Below are positions 36,971-50,771 of a stretch of DNA of 64,000 nucleotides, piece by piece (position 1 is the first letter of the stretch; each line of letters opens with the position of its first letter). A model generated the notes under the pieces. That model had not been told where the DNA came from, made no database searches, and saw nothing but the letters and a program-made list of their open reading frames with translations. This DNA comes from Octopus bimaculoides (Eukaryota). Both the position numbers and the translations under genes were made by a program. Location of the stretch: positions 70,370,780-70,434,779 of the forward strand of contig NC_068989.1 of the NCBI RefSeq assembly GCF_001194135.2, read 5' to 3'.

Positions 36971-39297
36971 CTGTGTATATAATTTTAAATGTAAGCTGAA
37001 TTAACACTGAAGATGTTAGCTGTTTTCTCTATATGAGAACTAGAATTAGCAGAGTTGTTAGAGCATTGACTACAGTGCCTTGTGGTATTCATTCTCACCG
37101 CTGAGTCCAAATTGTGCTGGAGTCAATTTTGCCTTTTTATTTTTTTAACAGAGTTGATCAAGTACCAGTTGAGGGCAGTGGACAGGTGCAATTGTTAGAA
37201 CAATGGGACAAAATGCTTTGCATATCAGTGCATTCAAAGTTTAAATCCCACTTCCTATCAGGGAGTTGCAACTTAGTAGTATCAGCAATGGAAAATCCAA
37301 TGGAAACAAAAAAAATTTCCTTGGTTTAATCAACAAAACAGCAGTGATGCCATTTAATAAAACTATAATATATGCAATATAATCTCTGCTTTCAACAAAC
37401 TGGAAACACACAGATTCAGTTGCCACAAAGTAAGCAACATTAGATACCGGTTTGAAAGATCTACAAAACTTGATCATCAGACAGTAGATCAGCAAAATGA
37501 GATATTTTGTCTCTGTAATTAATTCAATGTATTTAGAAAGGAATATTATAAAAATATATAAATAATTAGAATAATTATATTTCCTCTTATATTACAAGTT
37601 GTAATGGACCAACATTAATTAGAATATTAAATAATTGTATTATTTAATATTTTAATTAATTTCAGTAATAATATATTAAAATACATTATTACTGAAGCAA
37701 TTGCTTGATGCTTTGCTCACAGCTGGGCGCTTTTTTTTTTGCAGAGAATCTGACAATGGAACAGGAATGGTATCTGCTTTAAAGTTATGTAAACCAAAGC
37801 AAAAAGTATTATGACTAACACTCAGAGTGTTGTAATTTATTTCTTGCCATTTAAGTTGCTTTCATATTACCCCATTATCAAACAAGAATTACATATCCTT
37901 CTTTCTTCCCTAACTTCAGCACTTGCAGCATTAATGTTTTAATTAATTTAATTACTGAAATACCATTCACTGCCCAAATAATCCTTGTTAAACACTACAT
38001 GCATACAACAAGAATAACTAACAAGACAAGATTATTCTAAAATATTCAGAGAATGAGAATTCAACTGAAGGTGTTGCAATATATTGGCAAAGTTTTGAAC
38101 TGGTTACCCCCATCACCACCACCAAAAAAACCCAAAAAACCTGACATCTTTAAACTATACCTGTATGGTTTCAAATTTGAGGAAGTATAATGTACATATC
38201 GTTACATCAGTTAATATAGATGATTTGAATTCTTGTAATAAATACAGAAACCAAGGCTTTTATTAATGATATTGAGGGCTGATAACTGAAACCAATTCTG
38301 TATCAAAGCAGATTTAAATCTGCAGAGAAAGTATTTTCTTATATTTTCATAATAAAATGAAATTTTAAACCATTAAGTTATGGTGAGCTGACTATAATTT
38401 TCTGTAGCAAACATAAATAGTTGCATGGTTTCAGTGCTAAGCATTGGTAATCTCTATTTGGTACAATATTAATCTCTACAATGAAGCAGTTAAACTATGT
38501 TAAACCAACTAAATGAAGACTAATTGTTGCTTTTCTTTTGTTAGTATACTGTCCATAGAGCACATTTTCTATTTTGCAAATAAAATGCTAAGTAGTAAAC
38601 AATACTAGAGTCAAAGTGACAAGTTAAATTTTAAAATCTTTTTTAGTCATACATATACCTTTTCTAAGAAACTATTCGCTTCAAACATTTGTACCAATAT
38701 AAAATATTCCTTATTTTGGTGCCATAAGAAAATATAGAATCTGTCAAATGATGCCAGTCAAATATCTTCCATATTTATGAACATTGGATTTCTTTAGTTG
38801 ATAGAGGTCTAGGGTTCAGGAAAAACTTTAGAGGAAGAATTAAGACAGGCATTAACACTGTCAATCTTTTATCAGGTCTTTTCTATTCTATAAGAGTCAC
38901 TTCACTTTCCACTTATGCTTGGTCAAAAGATTTATTACTGGAAAAGATTTATTATCTTGATTTAATCATAAAATTAAGATTTGTTTCTTTGTAAAATAAA
39001 GCACACTCGTATAAACACACTGTAAGGATGTAAACAAACAAAGTGAGATTCTTCTCACTACTTTCTCTCATCATTCTTGTTCACTTTTGTAGATTTTTCA
39101 AATATTAAGCAAGCTACAATATACCAAGGATTAAAAGCATATATTTCAACCATATACAGCCAGTATAGAATAATGTAAACATTACCAAGACTTATATATT
39201 ATGTCAAATATACAGATTTTGTCTCATTACTGTTGAGAAATTTTCAACAGTACACAGCCCCATACACCTAATTTGTTGTCAATTAATAACAGAATAT

Positions 39298-39512
39298 AAG
39301 GCGGTGAGCTGGCAGAAGCATTAGCACACTGGGCGAAATGCTTAGCAATATTTCGTCTGTCTTTACATTCTGATTTCAAACTCCTCCAAGGTTAACTTTG
39401 CTTTTCATCCTTTCAGGATTAATAAATTAAGTACCAGTTGTGTACTGGGTCGATCTAATCGACTGGTCCCCTCCCCAAAAATTTCGGGCCTTGTGTCTAG
39501 AGTAGAAAAGAA
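39298..39512 (+). mobile_element. SINE family C
   Basis: Colinear with 18006-18214. Confidence 0.85.
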
Positions 39513-40449
39513 TTATTAATGGAATATTTGAGTAAGAACTTATTTATGCTCACTCCTTGACATAGCTGATGAAATTAAATGAAATCTAAGGCTTAGATTT
39601 CATTTCTCCAACCAATTTCTAAACCTTAAGTTTTAACTGAAATTATTTTTATTTATTGTTCATTTTTATTCTAATGAAGAGGTATCTCATATTTGACTTG
39701 TTCTCTTACTGATGCCAGTATTTCAATATAAAAAAAAATTAAACTTTATTTTCTCACGTCATTCTTATTGACAAAAAGTTGATTGCTCTAAAATTTACGT
39801 ACCACAGGTATATTACCAATACTTGCATTAATTTAACCTTCTAATAAGTACTTTTCTTCCACTGGTAATCAATAATGCTAAATAATAAAATGAAGTTAGG
39901 AAACAAACTAAAAAGAAGAAAAAAAGATTGAAGCAATTATATTAATGAACAGTTATGTTTTTAATTGTGTGAAATCCTGTGCAAAATTGTTCAAAGCTTA
40001 ACAAGTAGGAAGAAATCTTTTAGTTAGTGTTTTATGTTTAATAGACTACTTGACAAACTGTGACTATAGTATTAGTTTATACAGTTTTAAAGTTGCACTG
40101 TTAATACTTATGTCATCTATACAAAGCAAGAAATTGCTATTTTGGAAATTTCAGTTTTCCAAGGAAATCTAATTGCTTTCAGAGAGATAAGCGTAATCTT
40201 TGACCAACTACATTAAAGAACAAGTCTGAATCTTTATTTATATTTTAGAAGTTGGTGTCTAAGTGTTATCTAAAATTTAAAATTCCATACCTTTAGACAG
40301 CCTTAATTTTGGATAAAACACTATGAGCCTGCTTGCCTGTAACACATAAAACAAATCTAATGTGACTATTTATTCTAATGGTAATCTCCTTGGGTTCTTT
40401 CTCAACTGCTATTTCTAGGGACATGCAGACAGAAATGATGTTTGTCAGA

Positions 40450-40850
40450 AGTAGATGCTATAGATGTAGAATTAAATCTTTCTTCAACAGCCTTTGCAGT
40501 GACAAAATCCTTGATTGCCTTGATTAAACAACAGCTATTGCAGCCCAAATATTGGTTGGCAAGAAATATATCCACATAACAGCATGGGCATGTGGTTTGA
40601 GAGGTTCGCTCCAGAATTTGGTAGATGGAAATTACGAGAAAGTCCGCAGACATATACACGAGGGCTTCACTGAAGAAACTGAAAAACAAGTGCTCCTGCA
40701 ATATTTTTTCCACACCAAGTAACAGACAATTCCTTGTCACTCTTGCCATAGTGAACCAGTGATTGGTCCTTCTGGAAACCTGTAACCAACACTATTGTTC
40801 ACAAAAATGTGATATAGTTGGATGTACCTGAACACACTGAGTTGAAGTAC
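40450..40850 (+). pseudogene. Decayed mariner transposase N-terminal remnant
   Basis: tggtttgagaggttcg (WFERF) followed by degenerate R(S)GRP- and WVP-like segments. No intact frame. Confidence 0.4.
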
Positions 40851-43800
40851 ATTCAACTATGAGAGTAATTTCGAATTCAACAAATAGTTAGTTCTCTATA
40901 TTGGTTTGAATTGGACAAACCTGTAACACACCATCTGTTCATCTGTATTCCATCTTAAATTTGAATCTTAACCATCTAACCTTACTGTAAATCATTTGTG
41001 AATATCTACTATCAATCCATGATACATTACACCCAGAATACAGCAATTATTTTACAATAGTTATCCATATTGATGTAGTAGATTCTTCTGTAGATAGAGG
41101 CTGCTAATGCCCTTGATGCTCAACTACTTCAACAAATTTTTGCTCAATTTGTCCTTTAGGTATTTTTTTTATGCTGACCATATTTTTCAAGAAACCCTCA
41201 AAATGCATTTGGAAATTTGTGAACTGAAAATACCCAACTTAATGGCAAGTTATACTAAGAAAATGATTAGCCTGTTCAATTGACAGAACTGACTCCTTTA
41301 TATAACTGCACAGCCTAAGGAAGAATGAAGACAAAGGTGCGTCCAAGTGGAATGTAAAGCTTCACACTGAACAGTGTAAAATTTTAAACCACGTGCTCCT
41401 TTTCACTAACTCTATCAACATCTTCCATAGGTATAAGTTTCTTTTTCTTGTAAGGGAAGAGGGAACTATAGTCAAAGGGCTTCAATTTCAAGGAAATAAA
41501 AATATTATCATTGCTTTAACATTGCTTGCAGAAAATGCTTAGTCAAGGGTGATATCTTTAGATCTAAATCCAAGAAATCAGTATTAAGTTTTGAAGAACC
41601 ATATTCATTATTTCTTTTTTTCATTTTCAAAAAGAAATTAAGGAAGCTGACTTTACTTCTTAGAAGCATAGAGGACTGAATGGGTCTTATGCACTTAGTT
41701 ACCATATAGCATTGCTTTCAGTGTAAAGAAAGCTTCTGTACAGTAACCATATGTAACTAAAATTAATACAGAATTAAATTGAATACAGTAACATTTTCCA
41801 TATTCTTAGAAAGAATATTTTGTAAAAAAAAATTCCTTCGAGTCACTATCATAGAAATTATCATAGAAATTATCTATTAACTACAGAGTGAAACGAATGC
41901 TTATGTTTAATTCTAAAGATTGCAACAAGCACTATCTACAATTCAAATATTCAGTGAAGTCTTGTTACAGAAAAACAACAGTAAATTTCCTTTTTAAATG
42001 CAAAGTTCACTGTTGTTGCAGAATTTATTTTAATTTATTTCCACAATAACTATTTCTTTTCAAAAATATCTTTTTTTTTGGAGTGGGTAGAAAAAATCTT
42101 ACCAACATTCTTTTTTTTTTTTGTTCTTTTTCTTTTTTGAACTGAATTAGATAGTACTAGTAAATCTAGCACTGGTATATGTATAAAATAATCTCTTAGC
42201 AAAAATTTATATAAAAACAAACAACTAAGTTTTGTTATTAGGCCTCGGAAGTAACAAAATAAGGGAATGGAAGCATATAAAAATCAAAAGGGTGGTTGAC
42301 ACTTACCAATTCTGTTAGACCTCTGTTTCTTTCAAAAATCTCAAAAGAATTACAGTTCATATATTTGTTCCAAATTAAATTTATGATCTTGCCTTGTTCA
42401 AACTAAGGAAATTTCATAAATAATGAAGTTTCCCCATTTCCATACTTGATGTCTCTCTTTTTTTTTCTCCTCTGTAAATACTGAGCTCTTTCCTCAATAT
42501 CAAACTCTGAAATGACCAACTTGTACAACTTTCTCTTCGTCGAAAACTGATATTCAAAATTTATTGTGTCCATTGATGAGCTAAGAGTCGGCACTAAAAT
42601 TCTGAAGGGAATGGGTATAATCTAAGTATATACAAATGTAAATGTATGCATCATGAACTGATAGTATTTATACTGAGTTGAATGTTTCGAGCGTTTTCCA
42701 AAACTGTCCACCCGACATTTCATTACTGATAAAAGTTATTTGCCAGTGGTATTTGAATGAAGAACTTTATATATGTAGTTCGACATCTTCAAATATATTT
42801 CCTATAATCTAACACTAGTCTGCTTTTTTTTTTCATTACTGCACAGAAAATATCTATTCTAAAACTACCTCAGAGGAAATGTAAATTCTCAAACCTATTA
42901 CACCCTGATAACATTTTTCACTGAAATGCAGAATGAAAAATTGAAATCCTTTCACTGTACTGGAAAGCAAAAGTGACTTTGCTTTGAAGTACAGTGAAAA
43001 GTTTTAAAATCAAGATGAATGGTATGTGAATAATTAAGCAATATTCTTATACCCTATTTGTCTTATGGTAAAACAACTAGCAAATTAAAAACCATTCTAA
43101 GAGCTAATTGTTGTGCTTTCTTTTTTATTAAAAATAATTGCTATTGCTCTTTATCTTCAACATGAAAATTGGAAAAAAAAAAAAGATTTTCTGTAGTCAA
43201 ATGAAAGCACAGCATATTTTAACCTAATTTCCAGGACATGTTTATTTATGAAATATACTGCTCGCTATGGGTATACATTACAAAGCAAAGTATACACCAT
43301 ATAAATCTAAAGATTCTGAAAACAAATTCCATTTATTCTTGGTAATTTTGGAAATTAAAAACAAAAAAAAAAAAAAAGGTTTATTCCCACTTGTTCTCCC
43401 TACAAAATTTTACATTTAGGTAAATAATTCCTCTGGTATTGATGGCATTTATGGCTGAATGTCCAGGTTCTTCAGATTTCTATGTTTCAACTGTTCACAG
43501 ATCATAGAATGTGAAGAGAAAGAAAAGGCTTTTATTTCACAAGAAACAATTTTTATTCACAATCATAATATTGATGGTTCAGAAACAAAAACAACATAAT
43601 AAATACATGAATTTATAAGACCATATTTCCTAATTCACTAAAGTTAACATTAAATATGAATTTACTTTTTTAAAAACCTATTTCAGAAGGTAAAAATTTA
43701 AAATTTATCATGCTGACATATTTTGGAATGAGTTGTAGATAATTTTTCAACATTAATTCGGTTGAAAAGCAATCTCTTAGACATATTTTACAAGAAACGC

Positions 43801-45224
43801 ATGGATTTGAGTTGAGAAGTGATTAAATATTACCTTGTCTGAATATTAACTGAACAGTGGCAGAATTCCAGCTAGTGAAAAGGTTATCTGGAAAATTTTA
43901 ATAATTATAAAAAGAAAGAAAAAAAAGAGAAATATTTTAGAATAGAAAAATAAATATTTCATATTACTAACACATAGACAAAGATATATCAATTATATTA
44001 AGGATTTAAAAAATGTTAATATGTTCAAAACTTTTAACCTAGTTATCAAAAATGAATTAAATAGCAAGTAAAATTATCTTTACCTTTTTAATTAAAACCA
44101 GCTGAAGTAGTCTTGCAATAGTATTATTCTGATATATAGTAGACAAATAATTTCATCATGAGAAAGCTGTAGACACAATATGAGGAAGTCATTTGCTAAT
44201 TTTGTCCTAGCAATGTTTAACTTTCATACTCTTAATACAGATCTTATAAATATAAACAGAGTATATTTATTTCCACTCATTAGTAGGTTGCTCACATTGA
44301 TGATTCCCAAATGTATCATGCTGCAGAACTCATACCTATATTTTATGACCACCCACCCTAATTTTGATAACACATTAAAAGAAACTAAAATCGATTTAGA
44401 ATGTATTCATATAAAAATCTATAAAATAACTTATGCTGAAAGTAGTGAAGAGTTTATTTTATAAAACCTTGTCTTGGGAAACACCAAATTTTTTTCATGG
44501 AATTTTTGCTGCAATGACCAAACAATGCTTCACTGATGTGATTCAGTATGCCTTCACAGTATAGGCATAAAGATGTCTTTGCACTGAATTCAGACCTGAT
44601 AATCTGAAAATACTTACCAATAATTTTGAAACCCTTGAACTCTATGACATTATTTCTAAAATATAGTGCTTGAGTATTTCAATTTGAAAATAATTAAAAT
44701 TCAGAGGTTTAACTTCATCATTATTAAGTTGGTGCTTAATTAATGGGAGATATGATTTAATTAGGAATACTAAACTGAAAAATTTTGCCTCAGAATCAAA
44801 ACGATTAATTTGGGGACTGCTTCTATATCTAAAAAGTATTTCTTTCAAACAAGTACTCAAAAAACACCTAAGAAAATTTTCTACTTTATTAATAAATCAA
44901 TTCTTACCTGAGTCAATGAAGGAGCAGCTATTGATATGCTAAATACAGTAGCCTAATACTGAGTCCAGGGAAGGAGAAATAGAATATTGATAGCAATAAA
45001 CAGAGAAGAAATACATTGTGTCACACCAAGGTGACTAGTGATGACTGTATTTTACATTCTTTCAACATTTGACGTTTCTTTCCATAAAACCAGTGCCAAA
45101 CATAATTGATCTATTCCAAAGATTACAATTACCATATAACTCTTTCATTATAATATATCTCAAACGTAACTGCTCCTATCTATTATGATTTGGGAGAGCC
45201 TTTAAAGCAGAAGAGTGAGATCAT

Positions 45225-45960
45225 TTTGGAGTTCTGCATTGGCTTGGAACACTGCGTGAGAAGACCCAGCAAGCCAAATGAGACCATAATCCGAGGCCTC
45301 TGCCAGCCCATTTATGTGTACCTTTCCATCATTGGACAATAAACTCCGCTTGCAAAGACCTGTTGAGGCAAGTGAAATTGAAATCGAACCAAATTCGACG
45401 ACTGGCACCCATGCCAACCTCTCCTTCATTGGACACTAAACTCGGCTTGCGAAGACCTGTTGGGGCAAGTGAAAGCGAAATCGTGATGGCACCTGTACCA
45501 GTGGAGCACTAAGAGCACCGTCCGAGCATGATTGTTGCCAGAGGAGCTGTCTGGTTTCCGTGCCAGTGGCACGTAAATAGCACCATTTGAGCGTGACCAT
45601 TACCAGCGTCGCCTTACTGGCACGTGGAAAGATATTCAAGCGAGGTCGTTGCCAGTGCCACTAGGCTGGCTCCTGTGCAGGTGGCACATAAAATACACCA
45701 TTTTAGCATGGTATATATATATATATATATACATTTGAGTGTGGCCATTGCCAGTACTGCCTGACTGGCCTTTGTGCCGGTGGCACGTAAAAGCACCCAC
45801 TACACTCTTGGAGTGGTTGGCGTTAGGAAGGGCATCCAGCTGTAGAAATTCTGCCAAATCAGATTGGAGCCTGGTGTAGCCATCTAGTTCGCCAGTCCTC
45901 AGTCAAATCATCCAACCCATGCTAGCATGGAAAGCGGACGTTAAACGATGATGATGATGA
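45225..45960 (+). mobile_element. 5'-truncated RTE copy: ORF end + full 3' UTR + (GAT)n tail, young
   Basis: Starts with the EKTRQAK*-like ORF end (gtgagaagacccagcaagccaaatga). Contains an internal ~65-bp duplication (45323-45387 / 45419-45483). Ends ggaaagcggacgttaaacgatgatgatga. Confidence 0.85.
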
Positions 45961-46034
45961 GGGTTATTTTGTCAATAAGAAACTGATGCAATAGTTCTAT
46001 TTTTTATATATATATATACACACACGCGCGCACA

Positions 46035-46948
46035 TAAAGGGCGGCCAAAAGTCACGGAAAGGTGTGAAGTTTAATAAACTTTTTAAAATTTAGATGTGAA
46101 TTCCTCACCTAGCTTACATCTGTTTCCAATAAATACATGCATATATATATATATATCATCATCATCATCATCGTTTAACATCCGCCTTCCATGCTAGCAT
46201 GGGTTGGACGATTTGACTGAGGACTGGTGAAACCGGATGGCAACACCAGGCTCCAATCTGATCTGGCAGTGCCTCTACAGCTGGATGCCCTTCCTAAAGC
46301 CAACCACTCAGAGAGTGTAGTGGGTGCTTTTACGTGTCACCCGCACGAAGGCCAGTCAGGCGGTACTGTCAAAGGCCACGCTCATCTCNNNNNNNNNNAA
46401 GGCCAGTCAGGCGGTATATATATATATATATATGTCTGTACGTATTGTCATCGTCGTTTAACGTCCGCTTTCCATGCTAGCATGGGCTGGACGATTTGAC
46501 TGAGGACTGGTGAAACCGGATGGCAACACCAGGCTCCAATCTGATCTGGCAGTGCCTCTACAGCTGGATGCCCTTCCTAAAGCCAACCACTCAGAGAGTG
46601 TAGTGGGTGCTTTTACGTGTCACCCGCACGAAGGCCAGTCAGGCGGTACTGTCAAAGGCCACGCTCATCTCGCTCAAACATACATACACACACATACATA
46701 TATAAAATTCGATTAGAAGTTATGTTAGTATATTATTCTGAGAAATATGAACTTAATATTTAATTAATTCACTGAGTATAACTGAAACAGCTGTAAGGGA
46801 TTGATAATAAACTCTTATTAACTACACAATCTCCATTTTCTTCTTCTTCCTACATAGATATATGTATATGATACTGGGATATAGTAAACCTAAAACAAAA
46901 AAATTAACTTATTAAATACTGAAACACTGTCATGATTTTTGGCCCACC

Positions 46949-46953
<5 letters not shown>
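46035..46953. mobile_element. Tc1-like MITE with degenerate TIRs, carrying nested RTE-tail copies
   Basis: Left end aagggcggccaaaagtcacg...tttaataaact; right end reverse complement cagggtgggccaaaaatcatg...tttaataagtt; TA-rich flanks. Confidence 0.6.
46155..46672 (-). mobile_element. Two almost identical RTE-tail copies (46155-46388, 46449-46672) across a 10-N gap
   Basis: They share rare variants (cctaaagcc, gtgtcacccgcacg). The duplication may be partly an assembly artefact. Confidence 0.8.
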
Positions 46954-47010
<57 letters not shown>

Positions 47011-47012
<2 letters not shown>

Positions 47013-47222
47013 GAGGGGGTGCTGAAAAGTTCCTGGCTTTCGGTAAAAGAAAATAGAGGATCAGTTAATTATGATTTTCTTCAAAATATTTCCCTCTCAG
47101 ATTCACACACTTATTGCAGTAGTCCTTCAGTTTTTCTAAGCCCTGTAAAAGAACTTGGAAGGTTAGGCCTCCAACTAGGCCTTTCGTGATACCCTTAAAG
47201 CTAGGGACTTTTCAGTACCCCC

Positions 47223-47226
<4 letters not shown>
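47011..47226. mobile_element. Mariner-type MITE with 30-bp TIRs
   Basis: 47011-47040 acgagggggtgctgaaaagttcctggcttt versus reverse complement of 47197-47226 acaagggggtactgaaaagtccctagcttt (26/30). Confidence 0.88.
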
Positions 47227-47278
<52 letters not shown>

Positions 47279-50200
47279 CAGTGTGTGGTAATCTAGTGAG
47301 GCCCCAAAATACCAATTTTACATTTTAGCTGTTTCAGAAGATAAATTAAGTACCTCAGTTGAGTGCATTTATAATGCCTTAAGTAATCTAATGTCAACAA
47401 TTGCTTGCTATAATAACATTCAAAGAATTGTTAAAACTTGTTTGAGCTTTCAGTTTCGTTGTTTTCTTTTCTAAAGAACCAAGCATAATTAAAAGCATTA
47501 ACAGGTTTAGAACATAATATCTTGCTCATTTTAGATCTTGATGTAGTGCACAGCACTGAAATTTTAATTGAAAGGTTACACCCTTAAATCTGCTAGGAGT
47601 CATTGCATTCTACTGCTAATCCTACCATTAATTCTAAGAATGCTGAAGGTTATAAGAAATCTTTTGCAAAGCCAACCTAGGCCTTTTTTAAAGTAAAGTG
47701 AACCTGGAAACCCCCATTCTGCAAATCTACTTCTTGAGGGAGGTGGGGGGGAATAAATTAATTATTTAAAAACCAATATCCACAGCTTTGCAATAGCTAA
47801 ATTCTAAATATAGGTAGCTTACTTGAGTTAGATCCAAAATCAAGAAATATAACTGAATATTAAATTATAGCTATCAGCAAATGTGTAATCACATATCCAG
47901 TTAAAATTCCACTAGTCATATCCTGCTATATTAGTTCACAGCACCTTTGTAGCTTACAACTGTTACAAGCTGAAGTTTAGTTTTTATAAATTAGATTTTT
48001 CATTTGGTTTTTAGATATTTTATACATAATTAATTCAATTTGGTTACTGGGTATCTTTTTAAATATCAGTTCCTTACAATGAATGATTAAGTTTATTTTA
48101 AGCTAGACAATGGGACACAGGTTTTCTTTTCTGGAAAAAAAAAAATTTATAGCCAAGAATTTAATTGCAATCTTGTTCCTTTTGGCTTTCATACTTACTA
48201 AAATGTTTATTTATACATATTACATGAGAAAGTTAAATTCTTTAATACTAAAAGATGTACAGAAAGTCTAACTTCCTAGGAATGTTACAGAAGGTCAATA
48301 TAAGCATTAACAATACCCTCCTCATGTTTCTCAAGAAGAATTAAGCCTTCTCTTAAGAGTTAACAAATACACAGAGTAGTTGCTGGTTCTCTGTTACAAT
48401 AATCTTTGAGTAAATACTTTCACATCTGGGATGATATTACTTGCTAGCTAGTATCCTTAATCTATTCAAAAGAAAATTTAAAAACTGTTAATTAAATCTC
48501 CCAAGCCGATGAGATTGTATTGGATAGACAAATTAAAATCAAATTAAGTCTTTCGTTTTTCAGGGTTGATATACAGCATATCACACCAAAGCAGTCAACT
48601 GATGGAATCATTAAAGCACTGGATGAAATGCTTTGCAGTATCTGTTTCAGCTCTTTGAATTCTTCCTTGGTGCCAATAAACAGGTAGGCAAACCATCAGC
48701 AGTGTATAGAAAAAGGATGTAATTAAAACTCTTCACCATGGTTCATAGCATTCTAACCTACAACTGTGCATTTCACCTCCGCTTTACCAACCTACATGTT
48801 TTTCCTTTCTACAAACCCCACTTTCTTCCTACAGTTCTTTCCTGGATTCCTTCAAGAACCATATAAACTACTTTAATTTCAGACATTCTCGCTCTTCTAA
48901 CTCAAAGATATTCCTTATTAGGACATATCCTATCCTCGGTTGGTCTCTGTCTTGAAGACAGTGTTTTCGAAATTGCACTAATTTCTTTGATTAATGAAAC
49001 ATGGTAGCTAGTAAGTATACCTGACTTCTCTTCTTGTTATGCAATATTGTTCCTTGCTAATCATCTTTCTCCCATTCTTGTCTCATAGCTTTTATGGTTC
49101 TAGGCCATGAGGATGGAAGTGGGGAACATAAGGCACAAGTAAACCAATCCACAATTTATGCTAATACAATGGCCCACAAGAATGAAAAACTAAATATTTA
49201 TTGTACTATCTGCTATAAAATACTGTGATTGGACTTTCTATTGCACAAGATGGAAGTTTGTAAAGATGTTTAAATCATCACTTTTCTAACTAAAATTGAT
49301 TAAAACTGTTATAAAATATTTTCTAATAATTGTAGAAAATATTTGTGCATATGAAAAAGGAAAATGATGAATCATTTAGTTATCCATTTTCTATTGTTAG
49401 CATAGAATGGAAGTATCAACAAACATCATATGCCTTTATCTAGTTTGTCTAAAGTTTCCCATCTGTTGTTGCTACCTTCTAACACCAGCTTTTCTTTTTG
49501 TGTAATCTTTTTCTGAATTTGTGTTTATATCTAGAAGTACAAATTTTACTTCTGCTGTGGAGACAAGAACCATGTTTCAACTTTTTATCCTGAATATACT
49601 TCAAATCTGTTGTACATCCCTCTATATAACCCCTCAGTTTAAATGCATGTTAAAACACCATTTGTTACAAACTATAGTTTTCAAAACCTCATTTGATCTT
49701 GCTCTGCAAAAAGCAATACATTGCTGCACCTATTTTTCTCACACAAGCACATTTGATTGCTAATTAGCATACCTGAAATCTTCATTATAAATCCTGCATG
49801 TATTGATGAAACTATCTCTACAATATAGTATACAATTCCTTTCAGAACAAGCACCCCTTTATTTGGGCTGTTCTGTTCAAGTAAAAGAATGCATTTTAAA
49901 CCTATCTAATTCCCAGTTTCATACTGCAAAGAGGACCAGGTTGTCTGCATTGGACAAACATGCACTTACATTTCGAGTCATGTTATGCACCTTTAGCTTT
50001 TTAGCATTATCTACCAAACCACAGAAGTATGAAACATTGTCAAGGTCAATGCTCCAGGCTCTGGTACAAATTCAATATAAATAAAATATGAATTTTTTAA
50101 AAAAAAAGTCAATCTGTAATTTTCAAATGATGTTGAGATGTCAATTTTTTTATGTTTCTTTTCACCCCACCCCCACATGAGGGCTGCTGATTATTATCTA

Positions 50201-50771
50201 AATATAATCTCACAGCATGGAATTCATCTTTGGTCAATAGGAGGAAACAAAGATGCACCAGTTTTCACACTCCAATTAGAGGCTTCAATAACATAAGTTT
50301 TACTACTACTGGATCCGACTTGGAATACATCTGATGGATGATGTGCAACCTATTCTGTGATAAACTCATTGCTATATGAATACCAACAAAGAGGCTCACA
50401 ATAAACTACACATTATGTCATATGCATTTAATGTTGATCATTTACTCAGACACTTGTTATCTAAAAATACTGATAATTATGACATTAAATTGATGTAAAC
50501 TATTTCTCAAGCTGCAAAACCATCTAAGAATCTTATGTTCCTGTTAAATTCAATTGCTAAGTAAAATAATACTGATGCATCATTACGTTTCAGAAAAGTG
50601 TTCAAGTCTTGCCATGGTAGACTTTAGCTTTTGTCTTTAGGAGTCAAAATAAGTACCAGTCAAGTACTGGAGTCATACTGTTTCCTTAAAATGTTTGCCC
50701 TTGCATATATTAGAAAACTTTAACATAAGTAACCCATTTTCTAATCAGCTAACAATAATCTGGAAAGCGCA

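Noticed and set aside
38161-38320. Minus-strand segment with strong acceptor (ctttctctgcAG) and CAG|GTATAG donor
   Set aside because: Stops in all three frames. It could be a non-coding exon, but there is no further support.
38308-38323. Perfect 16-bp palindrome GCAGATTTAAATCTGC
   Set aside because: Eight pairs in AT-rich DNA is expected a few times per window by chance.
48564-48683. 120-nt plus-strand exon-like open frame with good splice sites
   Set aside because: The middle derives from a degenerate SINE-C head; most likely chance or cryptic exonisation.
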